Below are positions 38,181-52,056 of a DNA stretch of 64,000 nt, one piece after another; the stretch's first letter is position 1, and each line of letters begins with the position of its first letter. The position numbers were made by a program, and so were the translations under genes. The notes below the pieces were generated by a model. The model saw only the letters and a program-made list of their open reading frames with translations. It did no database searches and was not told the origin of the DNA. This DNA is from Macrostomum lignano (taxonomy: Eukaryota), in NCBI GenBank assembly GCA_002269645.1, contig NIVC01000797.1, positions 62,001 to 126,000 of the forward strand, read 5' to 3'.

Positions 38181-39164
38181 GCTTCATGATGTTCAAGTTC
38201 ATCAAGTTCATCAAGTTCATCATGTTCTTTCTTTAGTGCTTTTTGCACTAAAACTAAAACCTTGCACTACGAATCTTTAGAAGATTCGTAATTGACTTCG
38301 ATTAGTAATTGTCAAATTCAGCAGCATTCGGTTGTGTTTTGCTTTTGCCTATTCACCTGTACTGCTCTGTCGGCTACTAATTACTACCTTGACTAATTAT
38401 CAACCACTAATGAGCGATAAAGCGTGAAACGTTAATAAATAGATTGGCATATTTTAGCCGGCTTTAATTTATGCTGGGTTTTAAAACATTAAAGATAAAG
38501 AAAGGCACAAAAACGGTTTTATTTATAAATTGATATAGTTTTCGTGTTTTATTACTAACAGTAGCTGCAGGTTGTAAAATAATTAATGCTACATAGGCAG
38601 AATGTATGCAGCTTATTTCATAGTCTTTGACCTGCCTTCTAAACACTGGACCATTCTATTCTATTCCTATCCCTCCCTCGTTTCTTTCTCAACAACTACG
38701 CTTCTCTAAACCTGCTGAGTAGTTAGATTCGTGTGCAGTTGTTAAGTAAACTCCCTATTTGACGCGCACTGCTCTACTCGCCTCCTACCTCTTCTCTTCT
38801 CTGTCGATCCAAGATTGCTCATTTTTTATTTCTTACCAGCACAGCCTGCATTAGCCTTGCCTCTAGGTAGAGGTAATTAAGAGAGAGAGAGGGGGCCACA
38901 GCCACCTCAACCTCCCCCTGACAACAGCCTAGTGACAGCTTTTCGAATATCGCTCAGTGTATTATTGTGTGTACTCAAGATTTTCTAAACTAGCCTATAT
39001 AGACAAAGTGGCAAGGTGCGATCTTAACTATAAAATCTAAATTTTTAAAACACTAAAATTTAAACCTGTTTTTTAAATCATAATTAAATCGACACTCGAG
39101 GACATCCGTACAGCGTTGGCTTGAGAATAATCGTAGTTTTAGTGTTGTTTCAAAATATAGATAA

Positions 39165-41748
39165 ATGTCTCTCACTGCTGAAGACGTTTCGAACATGCCT
39201 GACGAGTGTGAAAATTTGTCAGTTGGTCCGGAGGGTGGCGATGGCTGTCCACCGTATGGTCAGTATCCAACTGATACCAGATTTAGGCGGCCAGATTATA
39301 AGTTCTACAAGACCCTTGGTAAGTACGAGTATGCTGGAGTGTGAGGGACAGACCATAGAGTGTGAGGGACAGACCATAGAGTGTGAGGGACAGGCCATCG
39401 AGTGTGAGGGACAGACCATAGAGTGTGAGGGACAGACCATCGAGTGTGAGGGACAGGCCATCGAGTGTGAGGGACAGACCATCGAGTGTGAGGAACAGAC
39501 CATATAGTGTGAGGGACAGACCATCGAGTGTGAGGGACAGACCATAGAGTGTGAGGGACAGACCATCGAGTGTGAGGGACAGACCATCGAGTGTGAGGGA
39601 CAGACCATCGAGTGTGAGGGACAGACCATAGAGTGTGAGGGACAGGCCATCGAGTATGAGGGACAGACCATCGAGTGTGAGGGACAGACCATAGAGTGTG
39701 AGGGACAGGCCATCGAGTGTGAGGGACAGACCATAGAGTGTGAGGGACAGACCATCGAGTGTGAGGGACAGGCCATCGAGTGTGAGGGACAGACCATAGA
39801 GTGTGAGGGACAGACCATAGAGTGTGAGGGACAGACCATCGAGTGTGAGGGACAGACCATCGAGTGTGAGGGACAGACCATAGAGTGTGAGGGACAGGCC
39901 ATCGAGTATGAGGGACAGACCATAGAGTGTGAGGGACAGACCATCGAGTGTGAGGGACAGACCATCGTGTGTGAGGGACAGACCATCGAGTGTGAGGGAC
40001 AAACCATAGAGTGTAAGGGACAGACCATCGAGTGTGAGGGACAAACCATAGAGTGTGAGGGACAGACCATCGAGTGTGAGGGACAGACCATAGGGTGTGA
40101 GGGACAGACCATCGGGTATGAGGGACAGACCATAGAGTGTGAGGGACAGACCATAGAGTGTGAGGGACAGACCATCGAGTGTGAGGGACAGACCATAGGG
40201 TGTGAGGGACAGACCATAGGGTGTGAGGGACAGACCATAGAGTGTGAGGGACAGACCATCGAGTGTGAGGGACAGACCATAGGGTGTGAGGGACAGACCA
40301 TAGGGTGTGAGGGACAGACCATAGAGTGTGAGGGACAGACCATAGAATGTGAGGGACAGACCATCGAGTGTGAGCAAGAGCTCATTGTATTAATGACAGA
40401 AAATGGAAATGGAAGGACAGATCCTCGACATCTGCTATTAAAATAAAAGCTGATTTTCAACAAAAAAATTATTCATCGATCGCACATGAGAACAGACGAT
40501 TCGACGGAGTTTCTCCAACGAGTTCAGCAGCCATTGCCGCCCCCGCCGCCTCCACCGGTTCAACCTTCTCAGCATCAGCAGTCGCGATCGCCGTTTCGAC
40601 GCCCGGCAACTGCCTACGCCAGATGGCCACCGCGGCACCGACATCAGCAGATGCCGGCGCCCCCGCGAGAGCCCGAGCCAGGCTGGAGGCCCATCTACCC
40701 TGAGCCGGATCTGTCCACTCCGCGCCGCTCCCGACCCGTCACCGCGCCGTCAAACAGATCTGGCAGTGCCGCTAGGGCCGCTTCGGCGACTAAAAGTACA
40801 CGAGGTATCGACGTCAGCGACGCCGACAACAACGAAGTCGCTGCGATGCCGACGACAGCGGAACTCGGAGAGCCGCCGTCGCCGCAGCCAGTTCAACTGG
40901 CGACTCCGACGCCTCTGACTGTCGTCGATTTCAAAGAAGCGGCCTGCGCCACGACTCAACAGTTGCAGCAGCCGGTGCCGCCACCACCGCCCCCTCCGCC
41001 GCCGCCTCCCCCGGCATCATCTTCGGCTGCTCGATTCTATCGACCAAAAACTGCCCCGGGACGAGTGGCTTCGGCGGCGTCAGCGGCGTCAGCGTCAGCG
41101 ATGGCTGCTTCTGGTGGCCTGCAGATTCAAGGCCACCGACTCCTGCCTGCGGAGCGAGCGAAATCAGCGAAATCTGGCAGCAGCGGCGCCGGCGGCATCC
41201 GGCAGCTGTCTGAAGCCTACGATCGGGCTCTGGCTGTGCACGGCTGGCGTATGGAGGTGCCCGGAGATCCGTTTGGCATCAAGTGAGCGATTCTATGCAA
41301 TCTTTGTTCAAGTTAACTACTGGAGTTAATGTGCTTTTCAAATTCGTACACATATTAGATTCCAGTCAGTATAATCCCTGAGATAGTGGAATTCCAGAAG
41401 TTCACTAAGATTTTATCCCGAGCGCTCCTTGTTCTTCGCTGCTTTTTGTTAGTTATTTGTTGATACTGTTGATACATTCCCTGATCGCTCCCAACCCTCA
41501 GGCACCACCTGGTTCCGGAGCGGAAGCCGTTCTCCGTGACGGTTCCCGAGCCCACCGTGAAGCCGCTGCCGCCGCGCATGCGCCGCACCAATCGGTTCAC
41601 ATTTTTCCACACCACAATGCCCCGGGTGGTGATGAGCTTCGATATTCATCCGAATTTCACGTCCGAGCAGTACGCCAAAACCCGGGCTGCCCTGGTGAAG
41701 CAGGGCAAGTGGGATTATCGGTACCGCGACTTCTCGTTCATTTACTGA
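39165..41748 (+). CDS. Uncharacterised Pro/Ala/Ser-rich protein, 2-3 exons (347 aa from ATG 40486, or 395 aa with upstream exon)
   Basis: Exon to 41282 (donor AA|GTGAGC, phase 2) joins acceptor ccctcag|41502 in frame to stop 41748: ...GWRMEVPGDPFGIKHHLVPERKPF...RRTNRFTFFHTTMPRVVMSFDIHPNFTSEQY...FIY*. Candidate exon 39165-39318 (MSLTAEDVSNMPDEC...FRRPDYKFYKTL, donor G|GTAAGT, phase 1) is compatible with a weak acceptor at 40495. Family not recognised. Confidence 0.65.
39338..40374. repeat. 21-bp minisatellite (gagtgtgagggacagaccata/c), ~49 units
   Basis: 7-aa periodic ORFs (IECEGQT, SHSMVCP). Confidence 0.97.
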
Positions 41749-44124
41749 TCGATGCTTTCCCCGGGGACTCTCATTTCTCTAAGTGGATGTCAGCTTCAGC
41801 GCCACTGGACTGCAACCGACTGCAATATTGATAGTCGGGATAACCCGGATAGTGGATTCCAAACACCTCAGACCAGGTCCCATGGGAGCAGGTCCCATAG
41901 TAAACGCGTCTGACTTTAGCGCCACAGGATCCCTGGTTTGATTTACATTCATTTGGGGCTTGTGTGCATAAAAATTGGCCAGGGGAGCCTCCAAGGCACA
42001 GAGAGTGTACATGCCTGATGATTAGAAAGTCAGGGCCGCTGTACACCCTGTCTGATCGTGTGTATGAGTGCATATATGTGCCCAAGAGTCAGTCTTATTT
42101 TGTGGCGATGTTGTAAGACTGCTTTTTCTAAAACTTGTTATTGGTTTATTCAGATCTCTCACTTCGACTCGCAAGGCTCTAGAATGGAACCGAGTTAACG
42201 CAGGATCCAACAGGATCACAAGCGTTCGCACAGGATCACAGATATTTCCCAATATTCTAGTTTATCTCTTTCATGGAGGCTGCCTGGACAGGTTATGGTT
42301 ATTGCAGTTGGTCTCATTCCGGTGGCTGCTTTTTTGACATCCTCACTCTGTGTTTATTTGCAAAAAGAAAAAGTTCTGCTAGATTGATTCGTTTATTCGG
42401 AGGAAGTTTTTTAGTATATGTGACTAGCGGTTTTAGCCCCCCTCGGGGGGGGGGGTTGGAAATTAAGGCTTTAAACAGCCGATTCTCGAGGAACAGTTCT
42501 TGTAAGGTGATCCACTTTTGAAATTTGTTTTTTTAATTCGAGGTTTGATATAATCATCATTTATTACTCGAAACTTGTAACACTTGTTTTGTTACACAAT
42601 ACGTGTTTATACAATCATATATTATCTATGGATACTTTATCAGGTTTATCAGCTATTTTACTCTTGCTATTTATGTGTGTCTGAAGCATTGGATATGAGC
42701 GAGTGTGTGTGCATGACTGAGATTGTATTTGTGTGCAGGAATATTTAAGTCCTATATTTAATTATATCTGTTTAATAAATAATATTTTTGAATTTCTAAA
42801 CCTGCATATGCAGTGAGTGTATTCTACTGACATTGTTTCGTTTGGTTTGATCAGCTTATTTATTTGCTTTAATCGACATTCTCTAGTCTCTCCAAAATAA
42901 GATAAAATTACTGCTTTTCACTTCATACTACTGAGGCTGCTAGAGTAAGTTGTGTTAAAGTCAAGCGGTTTCTGAACACAATTTAGGTCTTAGGTGAATA
43001 GTACGCGTTACTTCAGTGAGCCAAACTCTCCCGTCAGCTTCAATTAGTTAATTAATTACCGACTCAAGTTGGGCTGAGAAATGCAGACAAGGAATCCAGC
43101 TATAGCGACGCCGGTGCATCTCAGCTACGCCTCTCGCTTTCAATTAGTCCGAGATGGTGATGAGGGAGGCGCCGTCAGCTGCATCCTTTGTTGTCCTGCA
43201 TATCCTTACTAACGACTGACGGTGACTGTAGTTGGATCAACTGAAATTGACAATTTCTACCTTCCATAATATGATCATACGTGTATAATTAGTTCGGTAT
43301 CCAAAAACGTTTCCGGTAGCTAGACTAATTAATTAGATTTATAATTTAGCAAAGTAGCACAACTAAGATTTTAGGCTTCATTTGGCGCTAAAAATATGCA
43401 TTCCAATTTGGCGCTTAAATATACACTTCATTTGGCGCTAAAATTTCGTACCACAAGTATAGTATAGTGTAAACCATCAATTGAAATTGACACTAATATA
43501 TGCATTAAAGCGAATAGAGCAGTTGTGTGAAATATTGAGCAAGACAGGTCAAATACAGTCTGCGATATGAATATCGATATGAATATGATATCGATATGAA
43601 TATATCGATACAGCACGAAAAAATGAAGCCCCCAGCCTACCGCGCACTTTATAAATATATTGGATCGATTCCTATAGCTACATTCGGAAAGACAATTTTC
43701 AACTGATTCTAAGCTACACATGCAAGCCTGTGCATGCAAACTGCATATACTTCGTAGCTATGAACCAGCTGTTAGACTGCTTTGAATAGTCTACAGCATG
43801 GAATGGAAGTATACAATATTGAGTCGCTTTGGGGGTGTTTGGGCTTTTAGCCATGCATATCTTTTTGTTGAAAAATTTTCTTTAGTACAGCTATGTAGCG
43901 CCTCATCGCATTACACATGCAGCCAACGATACTAATAGCCATCGCTTGTAGTCAAGTGACTGAAACTTACGTATGATAATTTGTCATGTCTGAGGTCTTT
44001 GAGTCTTGAGCGCGTTTGTGTAATGACAATTAAGGGAAAGGCTCGATTCTTAGATTCTTAGGACAGGCAGTAAGACAGACACCAAAGCCGATGCCAAGAC
44101 AATAAGGCAGACTCTTTGACGGCC

Positions 44125-44370
44125 ACAGGGACAGACATGGGGAAAGACTCTGACACTGGGACAGACAGTAGGACAGGCATTGGGACAGACACTGGGACAG
44201 ACACTGGGACAGACACTGGAACAGACACTAGGACAGACACTGGGACAGACAGTGGGACAGACACTAGGACAGACACTGGGACAGACACTGGGACAGACAG
44301 TGGGAAAGACACTGGGACAGACACTAGGACAGACACTAGGACAGACACTAGGACAGATACAGGGACGGAC
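44125..44370 (-). repeat. 12-bp minisatellite (gacagacactgg), inverted relative to 45010-47340
   Basis: Reverse complement of ccagtgtctgtc, including the rarer cagagtctttcccc variant. Confidence 0.93.
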
Positions 44371-45009
44371 TCTAAGACACAAGCGGACAGGCAGGCAGGC
44401 AAAAATGCGGACTCTAATTAACCTCAACGGCACTCAGGCAGGCAGCAGTCTCGGACCGCAGGCTCCCCCGCAGAGAAGGTCACTTTCATTTCTTAGAAAG
44501 GACGCCAGGCTTCCAGCCGGCTAATTAGTGGATCGAAGCAGCTGAGCAATTGCGGCCGTAGGACGGGGACGGGGAGGGGGTGAGGTCCAGCTGCGCGGGA
44601 CTAGGACTCAAGTTTCTTGTCAGAGCTGCTGAGTAGGTTTGGGAGATGGCGCTTGGCTAATTGAGTCGGCCTCCTGACTGCCAAATTCATCCAAACGGCG
44701 CAGAGCTCGCTGATTTAAGTATCGATTGACGCGCAGTCAGGGCAGGTGAGAAAGGTTTGACGCGAGAGAGCTATGCTGATGAGGATGGAGAAAATCAATT
44801 GAATTGGAAATTGCCGTGGCAATTTTTGCAGCTGCTCCGCCTTCAGTTTTAAGCCGGCGAGCCAGCGCCCCAGTCACAGATTTATGGCGCTTCGCTGGCC
44901 ATTTGAGAGGCTAATGGAGAATTCTTAGTATAATAACTTAGCTATTGTAATTATAAACATTTCAGGCTGTTATTATTGCTGCATTGCACTGTCTGCGTCA
45001 CAGCGTTTG

Positions 45010-47340
45010 CCCAGTGTCTGTCCCAGTGTCTGTCCCAGTGTCTGTCCCAGTGTCTGTCCCAGTGTCTGTCCCAGTGTCTGTCCCAGTGTCTGTCCTAGTG
45101 TCTGTCCCAGTGTCTGTCCTAGTGTCTGTCCCAGTGTCTGTCCCAGTGTCTGTCCCAGTGTCTGTCCCAGTGTCTGTCCCAGTGTCTTGTCCTAGTGTCT
45201 TGTCCTAGTGTCTGTCCTAGTGTCTGTCCTAGTGTCTGTCCCAGTGTCTGTCCCAATGTCTGTCCCAGTGTCTGTCCCAGTGTCTGTCCCAGTGTCTGAT
45301 TTCTTAGTGTCTTGTCCTAGTGTCTGTCCTAGTGTCTGTCCTAGTGTCTGTCCCAGTGTCTGTCCCAATGTCTGTCCCAGTGTTTGTCCTAGTGTCTGTC
45401 CTAGTGTCTGTCCCAGTGTCTGTCCTAGTGTCTGTCCCAGTTAGTGTCTGTCCCAGTGTCTGTCCCAGTGTCTGTCCCAGTGTTTGTCCTAGTGTCTGTC
45501 CTAGTGTCTGTCCCAGTGTCTGTCCTAGTGTCTGTCCCAGTTAGTGCCTGTCCCAGTGTCTGTCCCAGTGTCTGTCCCAGTGTCTGTCCTAGTGTCTGTC
45601 CCAGTGTCTGTCCCTGTGTCTGTCCCAGTGTCTGTCCCAGTGTCTGTCCTAGTATCTGTCCCAGTGTCTGTCCCAGTGTCTGTCCTAGTGTCTGTCCCAG
45701 TGTTTGTCCCAGTGTCTGTCCCAGTGTCTGTCCCAGTGTCAGAGTATTTCCCCTTGTCTGTCCCAGTGCCTGTCCCAGTGCCTGTCCCAGTGTCAGAGTA
45801 TTTCCCCTTGTCTGTCCCAGTGCCTGTCCCAGTGTCTGTCCCAGTGTCTGTCCCAATGTCTGTCCCAGTGTCTGTCCCAGTGTCTGTCCCAGTGTCTGTC
45901 CCAGTGTCTGTCCTAGTGTCTGTCCCAGTGTCTGTCCCAGTGTCAGAGTATTTCCCCTTGTCTGTCCCAGTGCCTGTCCCAGTGTCTGTCCCAGTGTCTG
46001 TCCCAATGTCTGTCCCAGTGTCTGTCCCAGTGTCTGTCCCAGTGTCTGTCCCAGTGTCTGTCCTAGTGTCTGTCCCAGTGTCTGTCCCTGTGTCTGTCCC
46101 AGTGTCTGTCCCAGTGTCTGTCCCTGTGTCTGTCCCAGTGTCTGTCCCAGTGTCTGTCCCAGTGTCTGTCCCAGTGTCTACCCTAGTGTCTGTCCCAGTG
46201 TCTGTCCCAGTGTCTGTCCTACTGTCTGTCCCAGTGTCTGTCCCAGTGTCTGTCCTAGTGTCTGTCCCAGTATCTGTCCCAGTGTCTGTCCCAATGTCTG
46301 TCCCAGTGTTTGTCCTAGTGTCTGTCCTAGTGTCTGTCCCAGTGTCTGTCCTAGTGTCTGTCCCAGTTAGTGTCTGTCCCAGTGTCTGTCCCAGTGTCTG
46401 TCCCAGTGTTTGTCCTAGTGTCTGTCCTAGTGTCTGTCCCAGTGTCTGTCCTAGTGTCTGTCCCAGTTAGTGCCTGTCCCAGTGTCTGTCCCAGTGTCTG
46501 TCCCAGTGTCTGTCCCAGTGTCTGTCCTAGTGTCTGTCCCAGTGTCTGTCCCTGTGTCTGTCCCAGTGTCTGTCCCAGTGTCTGTCCTAGTATCTGTCCC
46601 AGTGTCTGTCCCAGTGTCTGTCCTAGTGTCTGTCCCAGTGTTTGTCCCAGTGTCTGTCCCAGTGTCTGTCCCAGTGTCAGAGTATTTCCCCTTGTCTGTC
46701 CCAGTGCCTGTCCCAGTGTCTGTCCCAGTGTCAGAGTATTTCCCCTTGTCTGTCCCAGTGCCTGTCCCAGTGTCTGTCCCAGTGTCTGTCCCAATGTCTG
46801 TCCCAGTGTCTGTCCCAGTGTCTGTCCCAGTGTCTGTCCCAGTGTCTGTCCCAGTGTCTGTCCTAGTGTCTGTCCCAGTGTCTGTCCCAGTGTCAGAGTA
46901 TTTCCCCTTGTCTGTCCCAGTGCCTGTCCCAGTGTCTGTCCCAGTGTCTGTCCCAATGTCTGTCCCAGTGTCTGTCCCAGTGTCTGTCCCAGTGTCTGTC
47001 CCAGTGTCTGTCCTAGTGTCTGTCCCAGTGTCTGTCCCTGTGTCTGTCCCAGTGTCTGTCCCAGTGTCTGTCCCTGTGTCTGTCCCAGTGTCTGTCCCAG
47101 TGTCTGTCCCAGTGTCTGTCCCAGTGTCTACCCTAGTGTCTGTCCCAGTGTCTGTCCCAGTGTCTGTCCTACTGTCTGTCCCAGTGTCTGTCCCAGTGTC
47201 TGTCCTAGTGTCTGTCCCAGTATCTGTCCCAGTGTCTGTCCCAGTGTTTGTCCCAGTGTCTGTCCCAGTGTCAGAGTATTTCCCATTGTCTGTCCCAGTG
47301 TCTGTCCCAGTGTCTGTCCTAGTGTCTGTCCCAGTGTCTG
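45010..47340 (+). repeat. 12-bp minisatellite (cccagtgtctgt) with an internal ~0.93-kb block duplication
   Basis: Periodic ORFs VCPS/SVPV; ORF starts offset by 926 nt (45444 vs 46370, 45544 vs 46470). Confidence 0.97.
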
Positions 47341-47914
47341 TGTGGGTCTGATTTCTTAGTGTCTTGTCTTAGTGACTGTCCGTGTCTCTGTGTTAGTGTT
47401 TGTCTTTTATCTCCCAGTGTACATCTCATGGAGCCGAAAGCTCAGACGAGTCAGCTTTCAAGTTCCCCCACGGAGAGTCAACAGAGGCCGGCCGGCCTTG
47501 TCCGATCCATCATTCAACTTCCGACCAGGCCCTCAAGCACGGCGATCTCTCTTTCTTCGCCTCGCATTCATTTCCTCGAATGCGCGACCGAATCCGTCTG
47601 TTTGTTCCCCTCCCGCCATGATTGCCTGGCCTCAATATTTGCTCTGCCCCATGTCCTCCATCAGAGAGCACTTCAGCGGGACATGTCCTTCGGTTTGCAG
47701 CCCTGTCAAGCAGAGAAGGAAGAGAGAGAGAAAAGCAGACAGAGTCGGGGTGAAAAATTTACTTTCTGCTTAAAACAAGCCCCGATCAGCATCAAACTCG
47801 AAATTCTAGCAATCGCAAATCTGCACACTTTTCCAACCTGTGAGTGCTCCCCAATAGACGGGTGAAACTAATTAATTGGTACACGGCTTACTACTAACTC
47901 TGCCTTCACTTCTC

Positions 47915-48890
47915 TGTTTCCTCTCTCACCTCTCACCCCCCTCTCTCACCTCTCCTCCCGATCTCTCACCTCTCATCCCCCTCACTCACCTTTCCTCCCG
48001 ATCTCTCACCTCTCACCCCCCTCTCTCACCTCTCCTCCCGATCTCTCACCTCTCATCCCCCTCTCTCACCTCTCCTCCCGATCTCTCACCTCTCATCCCC
48101 CTCACTCACCTTTCCTCCCGATCTCTCACCTCTCATCCCGATCTCTCACCTCTCCTCCTGATCTCTCACCTCTCCTCCCCCTCTCTCCCCTCTCTCCCCG
48201 ATCTCTCACCTCTCCCCCCTTCCTCACCTCTCTTCCCCCTCTCTCACCTCTCCTCCCCCTCTCTCACCTCTCCTCCTGATCTCTCACCTCTCCTCCCGAT
48301 CTCTCACCTCTCCTCCCGATCTCTCCCCTCTCCTCCTGATCTCTCCCCTCTCCTCCCCCTCTCTCACCTCTCCTCCTGATCTCTCCCCTCTCCTCCTGAT
48401 CTCTCACCTCTCCTCCCGATCTCTCACCTCTCCTCCCGATCTCTCACCTCTCCTCCCGATCTCTCCAGTCTCCTCCTGATCTCTCACCTCTCCTCCCGAT
48501 CTCTCCCCTCTCCTCCTGATCTCTCCCCTCTCCTCCTGATCTCTCACCTCTCCTCCCGATCTCTCACCTCTCCTCCCGATCTCTCACCTCTCCTCCCGAT
48601 CTCTCACCTCTCCTCCCGATTTCTCACCTTTCCTCCCGATCTCTCACCTCTCCTCCCGATCTCTCACCTCTCCTCCCGATTTCTCACCTTTCCTCCCGAT
48701 CTCTCACCTCTCCTCCCGATTTCTCACCTTTCCTCCCGATCTCTCACCTCTCCTCCCGATCTCTCACCTCTCCTCCCCCTCTCTCACCTCCCCCCTCCTC
48801 ACCTCTCCTCCCCCTCTCTCACCCCCCTCCTCACCTCTCCTCCCCCTCCTCACCTCCCCCTCCTCACCTCTCTTCCCCCTCTGCCTCTCT
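47915..48890. repeat. 20-bp C/T-rich minisatellite (ctctcacctctcctcccgat)
   Basis: Direct reading. Confidence 0.93.
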
Positions 48891-49499
48891 GCTTCTCCCC
48901 ACCCGATGGATCAGGGCTTAGAAGCACATACAAGTACTAAACCTACCCGAAAACACCCTGACATAATTATCTACTACATATACTCATATGGCCTACTTGC
49001 CGAGCAATCTATCGAGAGCTCTTCCACAGTCAGGTAAAAACCTGGTCCTCGTCTTTCACCTCGATATAGAGAGAAGGAACTGGACAAGATCCCTTCCCGC
49101 TCTCTCTTGACTTCCTCAGGAAACCCAAACCAGCTTTGCTAGGCATAGCCTTGGAGACGAAATTAGGCTAGGGGAAAATCTCATCTAGCCTGCCCACCTC
49201 TTCCACACTGCCTGTCTGCCTGTCTGTCCTCTTCTCGCTCTGTCGACTGGCCAGCCAGAGTACACTCTAGCGCCGTCCTTTCGAGTCAGCATTGTGAATT
49301 CCGCGCGAGACTTAATTTATTATTTTTTTGCTTTGGACTTTTAATGGCTTGATTACAAGCGATGGATTGCATTGAGCCTTATATTACTGTGATACTTATA
49401 GCCTCATAGGTGTTTTATCAGCTATTTTTTAGGTTGGATAATTGGCAGTGCTGTGTTTGTAACGATTCACTAAAAGTCTCTTTTCTCCCATGCCTCCTT

Positions 49500-49965
49500 C
49501 ATCTCTTTCCCCTCTCTCCCCTCTCTCCCCTCTGTCCCCTCTCTCCCCAGTCCCCTCTGTCCCCTCTGTCCCCTCTGTCCTCTCTGTCCCCTCTGTCCCC
49601 TCTGTCCCCTCTCTCCCCAGTCCCCTCTGTCCCCTCTGTCCCCTCTGTCCTCTCTGTCCCCTCTGTCCCCTCTGTCCCCCCTGTCCTCTCTGTCCCCTCT
49701 GTCCCCTCTGTCCCCTCTGTCCCCTCTGTCCCCTCTGTCCCCCTGTCCCCTCTGTCCCCTCTGTCCCCTCTGTCCCCCCTGTCCTCTCTGTCCCCTCTGT
49801 CCCCTCTGTCCCCCTGTCCTCTCTGTCCCCTCTGTCCCCTCTGTCCCCTCTGTCCCCTCTGTCCCCTCTGTCCCCCTGTCCCCTCTGTCCCCTCTGATCC
49901 CTCTGTCCCCTCTGTCCCCTCTGTCCCCTCTGTCCCCTCTGTCCCCTCTGATCCCTCTCTCCCCT
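49500..49965. repeat. 9-bp C/T-rich repeat (tcccctctg)n
   Basis: Direct reading. Confidence 0.93.
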
Positions 49966-50220
49966 CTCTTGACTCTCTCCCCTCTATCCTTTCTCTCTCC
50001 TCTCCCTTCTCTCCACTACTCTCTCCATTCTCTATCCCTTCATCTCTATCCCCTCACCCCTCCTCTCTCCTCTCCCATATCTTCCCTCTCCGCATTACTA
50101 TCCCCCTAACTATCTATTGCATCCAAAAAAATATTTTAAAAAGCAAAAATTTCCCATCAAAAAGTTTTTCTTTCTGTCAACAAAGTTGGAAAAAAGCAAT
50201 TAGCTAAATATTTTTTTCTG

Positions 50221-51095
<875 letters not shown>

Positions 51096-52056
51096 TCTAG
51101 TCTATTCTAATCTAATCTATTCTGTTCTATTCTATTCTATTCTGTTCTATTCTATTCTATTCTATTCTATTCTAGTCTATTCTGTTCTATCCAGAAGACG
51201 ACAGAGCTTCCACAGCGCCCGAAATCCTTAAGGTAAATAAATATTTTCAGCGATTCCAAGTCACGCGCCGTTTCAATGCCCTCAAGAGCTGCATTTCCGC
51301 CCTACCACCCCACTCCCCCTAGCAACTGAGGATCAATGCCTCTATTGAGGCGCAGAAGTCCCCTCTATTGGTGAACGCTGAGCCATTGAATTGTGCAGCC
51401 AGTACGAAGTGTAATAATGGCGCACCGCAGCTACCCAATGGGAACTGGCGTTGGCCCAGATATCCCCTCGGTTGGTGGGCAGACTTGTGAAAGCTTAGGT
51501 GTGAGCGGCGACTCTGACTCACGCATTCAAGGCCAACAACTCCCTTCCTTACCCCACTGCCTATCTCTCGATCCCCAATTGGGCAAGAGAAAAATTCGCC
51601 TTTACCCAACTATTGTAGAAAGGTTGGGCTGCTCTCAACCGTACTCACATCGCAGTACGCCTTATTGCTCATTTCTGCCTCCACCCCCAAGCCTTCTACT
51701 ACCTCTTCCTTCTTTATAAGCGCTGCGTCTGTTGTCATTGACAACCCCCTTGGCTGCCTTCTCGGTCCCTGCTCTCCGCTTCCTGCCTGTCAGGGGATTT
51801 ATTTTTTTTTACCTCCGGCCAATTCAGCAACTCAGCGCCCAGCAACCACTCTTGAAGAGTCAAAAAAAGAAGATTCAGTTTCCAAAGAAGCCTTCTCGCT
51901 GCGCCTCCCCCCTCCGACTTCTCTCCGGGTATAAATTGAATCACGGCCGGTCAGGTGCGGCCCAAGGATGTCGCGTTTGGCGACTAGCAGCTGTAGCGAC
52001 ACTGAGCCAAGAGTTGCGACGAAGCTACAACAGGGAAGTCAGCAAAAGCCAACGGT

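Noticed and set aside
47359-47865. 168-aa ORF between repeat arrays
   Set aside because: Non-ATG start, no recognisable motif and no convincing splice partners; left unannotated.
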